A program made the position numbers and the translations under genes. 64,000 nucleotides of DNA from Chrysomallon squamiferum (Eukaryota > Animalia > Mollusca). Below, one piece after another: positions 41,214 through 55,567 of this stretch (position 1 is the first letter of the stretch; each line of letters opens with the position of its first letter). The notes beneath the pieces are model-generated. The model was not told the DNA's origin. It saw nothing but the letters and a program-made list of their open reading frames with translations, and did no database searches. The stretch lies in NCBI GenBank assembly GCA_012295275.1, contig CM022669.1, positions 14,384,001 through 14,448,000 on the forward strand, in the 5' to 3' direction.

Positions 41214-42975
41214 AAATAACAGCATAAAATTAGTTTATAAACCTCTGTTACTGAAACATATTTAACTAAAAGAGCATAAAAAGTAAATAATAGTGTTTTT
41301 GTTTTTAATGTTAGATATCAATGAGTATACTCAGTGAGATTAGTAAGTTTGTAGATTGCTTTATGCTTGCAGATATTATCACTGGTGTGGCTTTAAATGA
41401 TTGCCTATGTTACAACAAGCACTGAATTATATAATGTTTATGATTAGTGGTCAGAATATGCATATCTATACAGCAGGCAGATAGACATGCAAAGACATTC
41501 AAAAACATGCACAGATACACGCACAGATACACAGACATACAAACACACAAAGAGACACATAGACATAAAGATACAGACACATGCAATCACATATACAAGA
41601 ACACATAAACACACATGCACTCAGAGTCCAGCAATAAATACTGGTGACTATCATTTTTATTCAACAAAGTATATAATTTCATTTATCTACTGACTAAAAC
41701 TAATAAATACCAGCTAAACTTGAGTACAGATTTTTTAAATTATTTTTCTTTCACACAAGATAATAAAAGTTAAAAATAGTGAAATTTCTATGGTTATTGT
41801 CTCACTTACATGCAGTTTAGTTTGATATATGTGCCCATTAAATTGTTTTCAATTTGCCAAGTGGAAAGAAATAACAAGTGTGGTCTGAATGTAACTGACA
41901 GTGAACAATGAAACCAAAGTGCTCATCGATAATTTTCCTGAATATATCACCTAATTAATATATGGCCAAAGTTAATGACTCATGTGCATCTTGTTCATGA
42001 AGCTGTTTTTCCCATTTTGTTTCATTGTTTCTGACTCTTGGTGGTCTGTCTGTCTGTCTGTCTATCTGTCTGTCGGTCTCTCTCTCCCTCTTTCTCTCTT
42101 TCTCTCTTTCTCTCTTTCTCTCATTTGTCTTTCTTCTTTGTCTCTGAGTATTTCCTCTTTATTTTTTAATTTTATTTCTCTTTTTGTTCCTGTCTATCAA
42201 CATTTCTATGCCTCCATTTTTCTCTTTCTGTATTCAAAGATTCTGTCTCTCCTTTTCTGTTTGTCATTATTTCATATGTCTTTTGTTCTCAGTATTTTTC
42301 TGTTTTCTTTCACATTCTCTGTCTGAAAAATATCTAAAGAATTTTTTTTTTTTTTTTACATGAAAATCAAAAAGAACTTTTGCCTACTTGATTTTTATCT
42401 CTGACTTTGTTTTCAATCTATTCATAATTTTAATAATAAACAAATGAAGCTCTGCACACTGTTAGGCTGAATTTTGTTTTTGATAACTTAGGTCAAAGTC
42501 CTGTTCTAATGGACACAGATGTAAAAAGTTATTAAAATTGCAAACTGACCTGTTTATGATTTGGTTATCAAGAATGGTGGATGAGAATTCATTTAAAAAC
42601 ATTTTTTTTTTTTTTTTTTTTTTTATATATATTTCATTTCATCAGAGGTTTTGTGTAGTCGATTTGTTAGAACCTGGATTTTGTTACTATGAAGAGTAAA
42701 AAAATTCATACAATAAATCTGAAAATATTAGCAGTGTATAACATAAATTTAACAACCCATTCAGCATACTAAAGCCTAAACCTTTTTCTTTTTTTCTTTT
42801 TTTTTTCTTGTCAGATACTCAGTATTACTGTTTGTTTATTATATTACATAATATTTTTTATATATATTTTTTATGTATAATTTTATGATTGTCATTTACT
42901 GTTTATATGTGCATAGAAAAACAAGCATATGCATTCATATATACAAATATACAGATGCATGTATGGTTTTGTATG

Positions 42976-43332
42976 TAATATCTGCCAGTATTCTTTTAAA
43001 TTAAAACTACCATATGTAGTGTTAGACAAAATTCTCTTACAAGTCTATAGAGCGGATTTATATTGTACATAATATCTACCAGTATTCTTTTAAATTAAAG
43101 CTTACCATATGTAGTGTTAGACAAAATTCTCTTACAAGTCTATAGAGCGGATTTATATTGTACATAATATCTACCAGTATTCTTTTAAATTAAAGCTTAC
43201 CATATGTAGTGTTAGAAAAATTCTCTTACAAGTCTATAGAGCGAATTTATATTGTACATAATATCTACCAGTATTCTTTTAAATTAAAGCTTACCATATA
43301 TAGTGTTTGAAAAAATTCTCTTACAAGTCTAT
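42976..43332. repeat. Tandem repeat, 94-95-bp unit, ~3.7 copies
   Basis: ccagtattcttttaaattaaa at 42985, 43079, 43174 and 43268; units nearly identical. Confidence 0.92.
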
Positions 43333-43767
43333 TTATTTATGTTTTTGCTAGGTTTATTTCTGTTTTCTTTCTTTTTTGTTCAGAATACTTGATCAGATTA
43401 TTGGTGAATGAAGACAGATTATTTCACCTATTAAATCTTTCCAGAAGGCTGTAAAGAAAGTGCACTTATCGATTTCTTATTAGTGTAAATTAAATTCCAG
43501 ATCAAAATTTTCAGCATCATTTTTTTTTTTTTTTTTTTTCGTTATTTGTGAATTTACACTGCAAGTCAACATTTATAAAAGCAAAACTGATCAGAGTGCT
43601 TAAACATCAGCATGCATCATTGAGTCTCTGTGTGAACTGTCAAAGCTAATTTTTAACCCTATCATGTGAATTATTTAACTTCTTGAGACTAATTCCTTTT
43701 AAATTTTATTTCTTTTTTTGATCATTATTTTTTATTTATTTGTTGTTTATTTGTTATACGTATATAT

Positions 43768-43812
<45 letters not shown>

Positions 43813-45004
43813 TATCTACAAAATCAAGAAAAAGTAAAAATAAATAAAATTACATTTAATCAGTTAAAGTCATCTGATGTATACAATTAGAATTTTTGAA
43901 AGGTTATACATAATAATGTTTATTTCATATAATATTTTTATTCAGTATATTTATTGATCCCAGTTAATATGGAAACATCTGCGACTGAAGGCCAAATTTA
44001 CTCTGTATCTTAATAATGGGATAAAAGCATAACACGCACATGTATTCATAATAATTAGTTCAGATAATAATTAGTTTCAGTTTAATAATAATAGTTAAGA
44101 AAACTGCAATTTGCAGTATTAATATACTGAAGTTTATTACTGATGAAAATTACTTACATAGCTGTTAACAAAATACAAAGTTGGTGTTTTGTAAAACAGA
44201 AGTGTATTTTGTATAGCTGTTAAAAGCTTTATTTATTTTTGCTTTATTTTATTTTATTTTATTTTATATTATTTTAATTTATTTTTTATGTTATTTTAGC
44301 ATTTTTTTTTTTTTTAATATTATTTTAGCATTTTATTTGTTTATATATTTATTTGCTTTTGACAACTAGATGATAACTTTAATATCCTAATTTTCATTTT
44401 ATTTATGTTATGTCAGAATTATATGTCATATATAGCATAATTATTTTATTTATCTCTTCCCAATTATTGGTTACCACACCATTTGTATTAATGAATACAG
44501 AGTATGAATTAACAGTTGATTAAAGAGTATGTTACCACAGTTTGGAAGTTACTAACACATAACATTTAACTTACCTTTTGCTAGTAATACATTGATATTT
44601 CCATTGTATTCTGCAAATATAAGTAACATTTATTTATTTATTTAAATTTTCTTTTAACTGTTATTTTTATTCTTCAAAATTTTAAAACTTATGTATTTAT
44701 TTATTTACGTATTTACATATTTATTTATTTTTAGTGTTTACCAAAAAAAAAGAAAATCACTACTTTCCTTCCTTTCATTGATTTTTGGTTTATAAAAAAG
44801 AAAATCTTAGTTAATATTCCTTTTGGGATATGAGCTAGATTGGGTGGGTCGGTGGGTGGTAAATTTAAAATGTAAATTTAAATGGTTAAACACATCAGCA
44901 ATGAAAATATTTTGAATCACACTTGCATTTTTCAGTTTTCAATCTGATTTACTAAAAGTTAAGAAAAGAAAAATAATCAGTGTTGATTATCATACACGAT
45001 TCAC

Positions 45005-45046
<42 letters not shown>

Positions 45047-46431
45047 AGCGAGCACACAAGTTCATTCAAATATGTCTGTGTATAAACAGTTTATTTCAAT
45101 ATCCTCATATACGTGAGTATGTAAAAATCCTTATCTATAGAGTACATATTTTACTTGTCATGTATCATGCATTATGGCAAGCTTATACGAATAGCAATTA
45201 ATTATGTATGTAAAGAAGAGTTACTTTTCCACATCCTTAGCTGAATATAAAACTTTTGTTTTTCACTCTTCTTCATTTCACAATAGTGCAATAATTTCTC
45301 TCATTCTCTCGTAATGCTCTGGGATGGATGGTTTACCTGAGTCTGTGATGACACATGGTGACAGTGAAGCCTCAGTTGAGATGGCTATCATACGTCTGCA
45401 GAAGTAACCAATCAATATCTCGGCTAGTTCAGTGTATTACAGAAATTAGCAGTGTATCTGAAAAATCATCTATTGTTAGTGTTTCGTAACGTTCCCAAGA
45501 TCTGGTGATTTCTTTCATTGTCACCTATAGTTACTGTGTTTATACTGGTACATACAATAAATGGACTAATTTCTTCATGTATTCAGGTATTATGAATTGT
45601 TACAATATGATGCTATTTTGGTGCAAATGTTGATTTTTGAAAGCTTATTATATTTTTTGACCGACATTTTTGATAAATAAATAGCTTGATTATCAGATGA
45701 AAAATTTGCTGTCTGTATTTATTTATTACATTCATGTTCATGTGCACAGCAACTGAGTTAAATGATTGATTTTATATGATTAAGAATCTAATTGTGTTAT
45801 ATATCTCTGTCTGTCTGTCTGTCTGTCTGATTGTGTGTGTCGCTCTCTCTTTCCAGCATAACACACAAACACACACACACACACACACACACACTTTAAC
45901 AATTTGAATACTCTCTGAATATAAATTAAAAACCCCAAACAAAACAAAAACAACAACAACAACAAGCCCCTGAAAAAAAAACATTTAAAAATTCTTAGAA
46001 TTTTTGAATACAGAAACTAGGATGTTGTCAGATTGTATGGTTGTTTTTTTGTTTTGTTTTTTATTATTTTGTTTAAAGTACATATCTATACACCCACACA
46101 CAAATGCATATACAGCATTAAGCCTGTTATATATAGTAACTAATTTAAATACAGACACACATTCGCCTAATTACAAAGTGAGTGTATCTCTTTATGTTTC
46201 ATACAGTATAGTAAGTAATATATAGAACACACTGGTTCATGTACTGTTATATGCTTTGCTATAAAACTGATAACCTGCTGTGGCCACAGTTTGAATTCTG
46301 TTAAGATATAGAACACCTATAATTGTGAAATTGTCTTTTAAATGTTACTCAGCTAGTTTTGATGGATGTGTTCAGTACTGCTGTCTTAAACTGCTGTTTG
46401 TTTTTCAGATGTGAATCTGTGACAGTTTGCC

Positions 46432-46465
46432 ATGAGGCCATGCTGGACAAAGGAGAAACCACCAG
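46432..46465 (+). CDS. ATP8B: P4-ATPase (ATP8B-type flippase), first coding exon (exon starts 46409)
   Basis: Acceptor tttttcag|, gccATG, MRPCWTKEKPP + G, donor CAG|gtaaaa (phase 1), joining in frame to 60345. Resembles the ATP8B2-type start MALCAKKRPPEEERR. Confidence 0.75.
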
Positions 46466-46690
46466 GTAAAACATTTATAATAATAAGCAGCAAAAATAAA
46501 AATAGTAATAATAATAATAAGTTCACAGTATTTTTTAAGCAAAATTCAAAGAATATATTTAGTATTTGTACACAGATTTATGTATATATGTCATATATTT
46601 CAGTCATGTGTGAACAGAATCATGCACTAATGTGCCACCTATTGAAAAATGTTATGTTCTTTTGTTCCAACCCAATACACACACACACAT

Positions 46691-46724
<34 letters not shown>

Positions 46725-47402
46725 ATATTTTCATTTTTTATTTTTCTGCATGTATAATTTTTATTATATTTGTGTTTAAATGTTCCAAGTGAAATTATTT
46801 TCATATTTATTTTATCTGAATTGAAAGGGTTGATAAGTTACATTTTAATTCATTTATATAACAAATTTTTACTAATTTTTAATTTTTAGGAAATTGTTTA
46901 CTAACAGTTTGTTGACACTAATATCTACACACCTACATGTAACTGATGTTTTCTTTGAGATTCTTCATGATAAAATGCATCCAGAGTTTAAATAACTTTT
47001 AATTATGTAGCATCATTGTTATTGTTCTGATTATTATAACTGTTGTGAAATATGCAGTAGAAAATCAAATGCTGGCAGGATATAATAAGGACTTAATAAG
47101 TGGTTAGTGAAATTTTGGATCATGTCGGGGGGGAGGAATGTGAGGTCTGGTTCAGCTGGAAAAAGTGTTTTGATGGGTGGGTCATTTTGAAACCCTGTCT
47201 CATGTATGGCTAAGATACATGCCCAGTAATGACTAAGATGTTGCATGCTGTTGGTTTTATGTTATTCTAACAGAGCAATAAATGTTAAAACATTAAATCT
47301 AAGATCATTTTGAAATATAAAACAAACAGCTGTTATTTGTATTCATACTGGAATGGATAGCATGAACAGGTTTATGAAAAAATATAGTATATGTGGTTTT
47401 TT

Positions 47403-47443
<41 letters not shown>

Positions 47444-47474
47444 AAACAGTCTCCCAAAAAACAGACACAGATTT

Positions 47475-47544
<70 letters not shown>

Positions 47545-48712
47545 ATACTTGAATTGATGTTATCACTTGCACTCACATGAACTCACATACACATATGTTC
47601 CGTGTAGTAGTAATAATAATCATAATTATGATAATATCAGTTTTAAAATCTTTTTTTTTTTTTAAATATTAATATAACTAATGTTTCTCACTGGATGTGA
47701 CAATTTGAAATCTAAATATCTGTCATAAATTTACTTGTGACAGCTTTATTTCTAGGTGAAATTAAATTCAGGTTAAAATGTAACATCTAAATGGGTTCAT
47801 ATATTTATGTTTTTAGGATTTAAAAAAAAAAAAAAGGACAATGAAAGGCCTAGAAAAATATATTAAGATGTTTTTTATAATAAAAGTAGACTATCACAAT
47901 ATTTTTTTTTATACAAGCACCAATTCCAACACTTCATGTTTCAACCCTAAATTAACAGTAAAGAATGATTAAATAAGCATCAGTTATTTACAGATGTACA
48001 GCACCTTTAGGAAAACCTTTAGTTAGATACAAAGACCCAACACAATACACATGCATACATCTACACATAAACTCATACATGTTTAGACTTCTTCTTTTTC
48101 TCTAATATATTCTGATACTCGCCCACACCCACACAAATGTTTGTTGTCACTGGGGAGTCAAAATAATTTTTATTACATGTTAAGCTTACAGAGACATAAG
48201 TCATATTAATATGCATTTTTTTTTTTTTTTTTTTTTTGTCGTGAGGCAGTGGTTTGCAGTGTATAGAAAATAGACAAAAGGTAGGACAGAAATAATTCAT
48301 TTCCTTGTTGAAATATATGTGGCTGACAAGACACTCCATTATTCAACACAGCAGGACTTGGTTGCATTTTTAAACATCATCAGTGAAAACATTTTTGATT
48401 TGAATGGTAGAGGAAACACTTTTAAAAAGTTTTCTATTGTTAATGTTGTACAAGCAACACTCAACAGTAACAATGCAACACTTCTAAAACTATTTACCTG
48501 AAAACCACATACACACATTCACACTTAGACATGCACAGACACACATGTAGTGATCTACAAATACATAGATATATGTACATTCACATATGCATACAGACAG
48601 ATGGATAAATGGCTAGGCAGAAATAAGTACATACGTTTAAGCATTCATACATATATACATTTATAGATACATACATTTATAGATACATACATATATTTGT
48701 ATATATATATAT

Positions 48713-48779
<67 letters not shown>

Positions 48780-50041
48780 TACAAATATACATATAAGCAA
48801 AAACAGTTGAGATATTTAGGAAAAGAGGCATATCAAAGAATTGACAATCTTGCTGAAATGGTTGAGATATATCAGTCTGTTTTAAATAAGCAATGGATAA
48901 ACATTAACTTTGCAAAACAAACTTTAACAAAAACATGAAATAATTTACTAAACAGTCTAATCAAATCTGTTATTACAGCATGTTAGAACAGTTGTTGCCA
49001 GCAGTATCTCCAAAACCCCGACATTATTGTAACAGCTTGTTGTTATTTTATACTTCTTATTACTGCAGTTCATAGAATACTGCTGCTGTATAAAAGCAAT
49101 CCTCCTGTATCAGTAACAGTAAATAGCAGGCCTATATGATTACACACAAACAGGTAGATCTTATAAGCAGTCATCTGTGATAGAATAACCATAGAAATTA
49201 TTAAACAGACTGATGCTGTTTTTATTTGTCAACAAAATTGTCGAGATGAATGAGAAAATCAGTTAAATGCAGACAGCATTGAATAAATTCTGTTGTAATA
49301 AAGTAATTCCCTGAGTATGTAATAAAGTAATTCCCTGTTTTTTGTCATTTTCACTTTCACACCAATATTCTAGATTATAACTCAGTTCAGCATATTAAAT
49401 AAGAAGGTAAAAATATATTTAAAATAATTAAAACATACGAAAACCAACAATAAAAGATTAAAAAAAGGAAATTTAAAATAAAGTAAACATTTTTGTAGCA
49501 CTAATAGTGAGGTGGTTGTCATGTTACTTTAGGCATTTTTAAGGATGAATCATCAGGTAGATATAATAATTATTGTCTCTTTCTATTCTTTAAAAAAAAT
49601 ATTAGTATATGAAACATCAGTTATTCCCCGTACATGTTTTTTTGATGTGGATATCTTAAGTAGAAAAACAAATATGTAAATACATTAAAAAGCTGCAACA
49701 AATGTTCAGAGAAAGTCAGGTCTTGGAGATAAGCATGTTGAAGATACCAGTGTTACATTATGTAATACACACAGAAAATGCTATAACTTGTGATTTTACT
49801 GGATATAAAAGCATTCTCTCTCACTGACTGACTAACTCACACGCAGGCATGCACGCACACACGCACGCACGCACGCACACACACACACACACACTAGGAC
49901 TAGCGACAGCCTTCGAGGTATGAGATTATATAGATCAAGATACTGGATATCACACAGGTACGCACTCATGCTAGCACTATTTAGGTATAAGATCATATAG
50001 ATAAAAGTTTCACTGGATAAAAAAACATTGTGTCTCACACA

Positions 50042-50085
<44 letters not shown>

Positions 50086-50347
50086 CTCTCTTATGAAAGA
50101 ACTGCCAAGATCAGTTAACTTAAATAATCCAGAATCTTAGGCAGACTGAAATAAATTTTTAAAAAGGCAGTTCATTATAGGCATTCAGCTCAGTTTTATC
50201 TCATAACCTTGTTACAAAAGTAAATCTATATGAAAATAGTTTTTAAAGACACTGAAAATAGCTAAAGATGCCAGAAATATTTTGTTATAAACACTAAAAT
50301 GAATGCATTTAATTATAACGTATATTTGTTAATCCATTAACAAGAAA

Positions 50348-50357
50348 ATGGCAGAAG
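50348..50357 (+). CDS. Candidate alternative first coding exon of the ATP8B-like gene (MAE+G)
   Basis: gaaaATGGCAGAAG|gtaagg: good start context, strong donor, phase 1 compatible with exon 60345, giving MAEELERNIRAG. Confidence 0.45.
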
Positions 50358-50506
50358 GTAAGGTTCTTCATCTGTTTCTATTCAGTATTTCTTATAAATA
50401 ATTATTTCATTAGAGAGATAATTTAGATCATGTATATTAAAATTGAATTTTATTTTACAGTGTGTTTGTGTGTGTATGTGCCTGTGTGTCTGTGTGGCTA
50501 TGTGGC

Positions 50507-50537
<31 letters not shown>

Positions 50538-51255
50538 AATAACCATACTTGTTCCATATATATATAGATATCTATTATTTATAATTTTTACCCCTCAGAA
50601 CATTTGAATAAAATGCACGTGCACACACATGCCCAAACACACACGTACACCCATACACACACACACACACACTCACACACACACACACAGAACACATGAC
50701 ACATCTAATAAAAATGTCTTCGTTGTTTATATTTTTACAGGCATATTAAAAATAAACTGAAATCATATTCAAACTGTTCAGAAAAATTGAAACCTGCAAA
50801 AAATGTTTATAAGATGTTAACAGAAATAGATTTCGTTATGTTGAAAACTGAAGTATCTTAATTCTTATATGTCAGAAACCTCTCCATTCTGTGATAAGAA
50901 GGAAATCATTCGAACATAGCTTAAGGCTTTTATTATTCTGAGGGTAAAATTTCATATGCTTTCAAACATAAAATAAATAAGATACACATACCATAACCAG
51001 TGATAGATTTATAATTTTAAGTATTTTTTAATATAGCAAATACAAAAAACTAAGACTTAAATCATTGTGTGGTTTTTTTATAATGTTTTTTTTTATTTTT
51101 TATTTTTTTTATTGTGAGACAAATAAATACTTATTACGAAGCTCAGATTTATCATTTTCATTTAGAAAATACAGACTGATGAATATCATTGTCTGTTTTG
51201 TTTCATTTTGACCTTCAGTTGTTAATATTTGTGAATAACAGTTTGTTACAATTCC

Positions 51256-51290
<35 letters not shown>

Positions 51291-51724
51291 CAAGTGACAG
51301 ACTATTTTCTTTTAAAGCTATTTTTTGTCTTAAAATAAAAACAACTTTAATGCTGGAAGTATTTGTAGAAACAAAAATAGAAGAAAGGGAGAAGAAAATG
51401 CAAATGTTCAGGTGAATTAAATAATTTAGTAATAACTTCTGCCGGTTCTGTTTTCAAATAAAATATTTAAAAATAGCTCAGATTTTCAAATGGTAATGAT
51501 AAATTGTTTTTAACAGATGCCTTACTCAGATGCATTAAGGGATCTCTCTAGATTTCAGTGTGTCATTTCAGTGAAACGCTATCCTTTAGTGTGTCATTTC
51601 AATGAAACGTGAGCCACATCAGCTTTAAATAAAGCATCCAGCCTACATCACTGGCTTCCAGATATAGTGTTTAGCTGCCAGAAATATTTGTTATGAAGAA
51701 CTAAATTTTCTTCTGTGGATTTGG

Positions 51725-51763
<39 letters not shown>

Positions 51764-52896
51764 TATTGGATAAAATATTAATAATAATAATGATAAGAAG
51801 ATTAATAATAATAATGATAAGATTAAAAAAATAATAATAAAAAAATAATAATAAAATAAAAGATAAAAAGTAAAAAGTAAAAAATAATAAGATTGAAATA
51901 AATAAATAAATAAACAAATAAATAAATAAATAAATAAATGGATAAATAAATACAGTATTAAAATAACAATGTCGGTTGGTTTGTTTTAACAGATTCAAGA
52001 AAATTTGTCATTATTAGTTACATAACTTTTTAAATGCATTTGATGCAATTTATATTATAGCAGAATGTAGTTGTTACAATGATTACATATAATTTAGACA
52101 AATAATTAGTGGAGGGATATTTTTTGCTTATGAAACACATTAATATTATCAGTCAATTATCAGTTAGTAAAAACCACCAGAAAAGATAACATGGAACATT
52201 TTGTGTGTTGTCTAATAGCAAAAACCCTTTTATGTGCACCTGGAAAGAACAATTTATTATATGAAATCAGGTAATAATAAATTACAAAAGCATTATTTAA
52301 GCCATAAATAAACAAAAGATTATCTTCCCATTATATATATATATATATATCCATAGTGTTTGATACTTTGATTTAAAAAAAAAAAATCAAACAAAATAAT
52401 TTTTTACTTAAAAACGATAAACTCTATGGAGAAACTAAATATTAAATTTTATTCAGTTAATTACAACACTTCAGACATGTGTCATAACCACAGGACTAAG
52501 ATGACCATTGTGACACATTTCATGACAAATATTAGAGAAATTCTATTTTGGGAAGTCGTGTCGTAGTTGCTGTTTACAGTGCACACACAGACAGGTGCAT
52601 TGTTACCACGTTCTAATAATAGAATAATCAATGGAAAGGTGTTGTCTTACATTTCATTAACGGGTAATACTGATATTTCTAAATCTGAGTCAAGGAAACA
52701 GTTAACTACAATAATTATATGAAATTATATGAAATCTGTATAGAAAACAATATTTTGAACACAGTTATATAAAAAGTTTAAGTATTAAGTTTGCATGTAA
52801 AATTGAAATATATTTTTACATTACAAATTAACATTGTAATATATATATATATATATATACAGAATGACTTTTAATTACAAATATTAATATAGTCTC

Positions 52897-52931
<35 letters not shown>

Positions 52932-53032
52932 TTGATAAAATAATAATTAATAGATTTGTAATAAAACAAGTGTTGATGACAGCATCAACAGCAACACTAA
53001 CAATTACAATAATATATGATATTGTAATAGCA

Positions 53033-53071
<39 letters not shown>

Positions 53072-55012
53072 AATAAAAAGCCAAACAAAAAAAAATGAAG
53101 AAAACAAAAATAATAATATAATTTTTTTTTTTTTATAGATAATGACGTTTACTTTTTGACATGATAAAAGAATATCTGTAGTGTATTTATTTTAGAATGA
53201 TTATTTAAATCACAGATGTCAGATAGATATCAAATTTAAATACAAAACATTAAATTTAAAGAAATACTCTGAATTAATAATTAAAAAAATAATAATAAAA
53301 AATAAAAAACATCAAGTAATATGGAAATTAAATTTTAGTAGGTTACATGGAATGGTAAACAATACTTGTGTAGTTAATATTTGAAAGTAACAGTAACATT
53401 AGAATAGATTTCTTTGATCTGTTACTAGTGTTACAAGCTGAATGTTTTATCTATAAATGTATAAAGTACAAAGAGTCCATTCAGATATAAAAAAAATATA
53501 TAAAAACATTGTTTTCTTGTGACCTTAACAGTTTTAATAAAAAAAAAAATTATTTTTTTCTCGGTGATATCAGTAATATTTATTTTTAATTGTCAGATAT
53601 AAAAATGTCATTCATATATGTGAATTAACAATTTTTCGTTTAATAAATAGAAAAGCACAAAAACGTCCCATTTTTATTTTACTTTTTGAGAATACGGAGG
53701 GATTTAGAGCAGTTGAATTTGTTACTGAATTACTGAGCACTTTTAAAAGTATCTTTTGAACAAGCATCTTTTAATTCAATTTACTGACTAGACATAAAAA
53801 TGTTTACTTCTCGTAATAATGCTGGCGAGATTATTTATTCTATCTAAAGTGTCCAGCAGCTGACAAAGTCGATCGACTGGTTTTCTCTTGGTGCTCCACA
53901 CTGAACGCGTTTTTATCCCATGAATTAAACATTTGGTTTAGCATCTGACTGTGAAATAGTCAAAGCTCTGTACCTCATAGATTGTACTCGTTCATGTAGA
54001 TGGGTTTGGATTTTGGCTTGAGATTGGAGTATTCTAAGATTGGCATACACTGCTAGGATAAGGGTGATGGGAGGCTGTCTATGTGGATTCTAAGCCAGAC
54101 AAACTGGACTTAGAAGTTCACTGACCTGAACTGTCATATTAATTGTCTAGGTTTTGAAATAACGATTTAAGAAAAAACAGAAAAAACCCAAACAGTTATA
54201 AATAGCCATGTATTGTGAAATATCCTGTTGATCATCTTAATATGATTCATCTATCTTTCTAATTATATCTTAGTTATGCATGATAAGTATATGTCTGTGG
54301 AGCTATTTAGAGATTTGGTAGTGACGTTAAAAAATAAAGTTAATAATTGAATCCAAAGGCTATGAATTCTCTCACTTTCTCTCACTTCCACTCCCCTTGG
54401 ATTAAAATCATAGATGCACATGCATGCATGTATGCACACATGCACAAAATGAAGACATTGACTTAAACTGATCATTCAAGTCAAAAGTAATGTTGCATAA
54501 CAAATAAGAAGAATAAAAGTATTCCACCTGTAAACAGATAAAAATGATTATGATTTTTTTTTTTTTTTAAATGAATAATTTTAAAAGTTTTTTGATATAT
54601 AGCTCATCATCGATCAAGAAGTTTTTAAGTTTGTCCTCTAATAAATAAATAAATCTTATCACAAAGTCGATTGTTGGCCACATATTTTATTGATTTCCTT
54701 GGAACTGCAAATGTTTTCAGAGTACTGCATATGTAAATAACATCTAAACCATACTAAAGTTGAAACAAAAATATATAAGTGTAAAAACTATATTTTTTTT
54801 TTTAAATTTGTATTTTGTATGTGTGTTTAAGAACTGGATAATTTTGAAGATAGAAGTGTTTTGTGTTTATGTGAATGTGTGGGTTGGTGGATGTTTATGT
54901 GTGTGTGTGGGTGTCAATGATTTTGTTTGCTAAAGAAAGAAATGTAAGTCAAATAAATTGTTGTTTTCACTACAAGTTTGTCCATGTGTGGGTTCGTTGT
55001 GTAATTTGAGTC

Positions 55013-55065
<53 letters not shown>

Positions 55066-55461
55066 AACAAATTATAGGAAATCTATTTTGGAAATTTTAA
55101 AATATTTATCATTAGCATGAAACAGAATGAATAATTGTTGACTTCTGCTCATATGGATTTGTGAAACAGATCATCAGAAAAAAATAAGAAAAACAATGGG
55201 CCAAAACTTTTTTTTTTTAAGACATAGGAAGTTACATAAATGGCATTTTAGGTAAAAAAAATAGGCCTAAGAGGTCACATAATAGTCAAATAATAGGTAT
55301 AATAGATATATTATTATATTAGATAAAACAGGGCGTTTTCCTTGAAATATTTTCATTTCCAAGCAAAATATCTCCTTAGATTTTTCTGAGAGTTTCTTTC
55401 TAGCTTTCAAGTCTGGAAAGACGTAAAGATTCCTATCTGTTGGCTTATATGATTAGCATCT

Positions 55462-55567
<106 letters not shown>

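Noticed and set aside
45330-45586. Possible additional ATP8B promoter/first exon (CCAAT, TCAGT, donor CAG|gtatta)
   Set aside because: Signals are short and the donor is weak; not supportable without transcript data.
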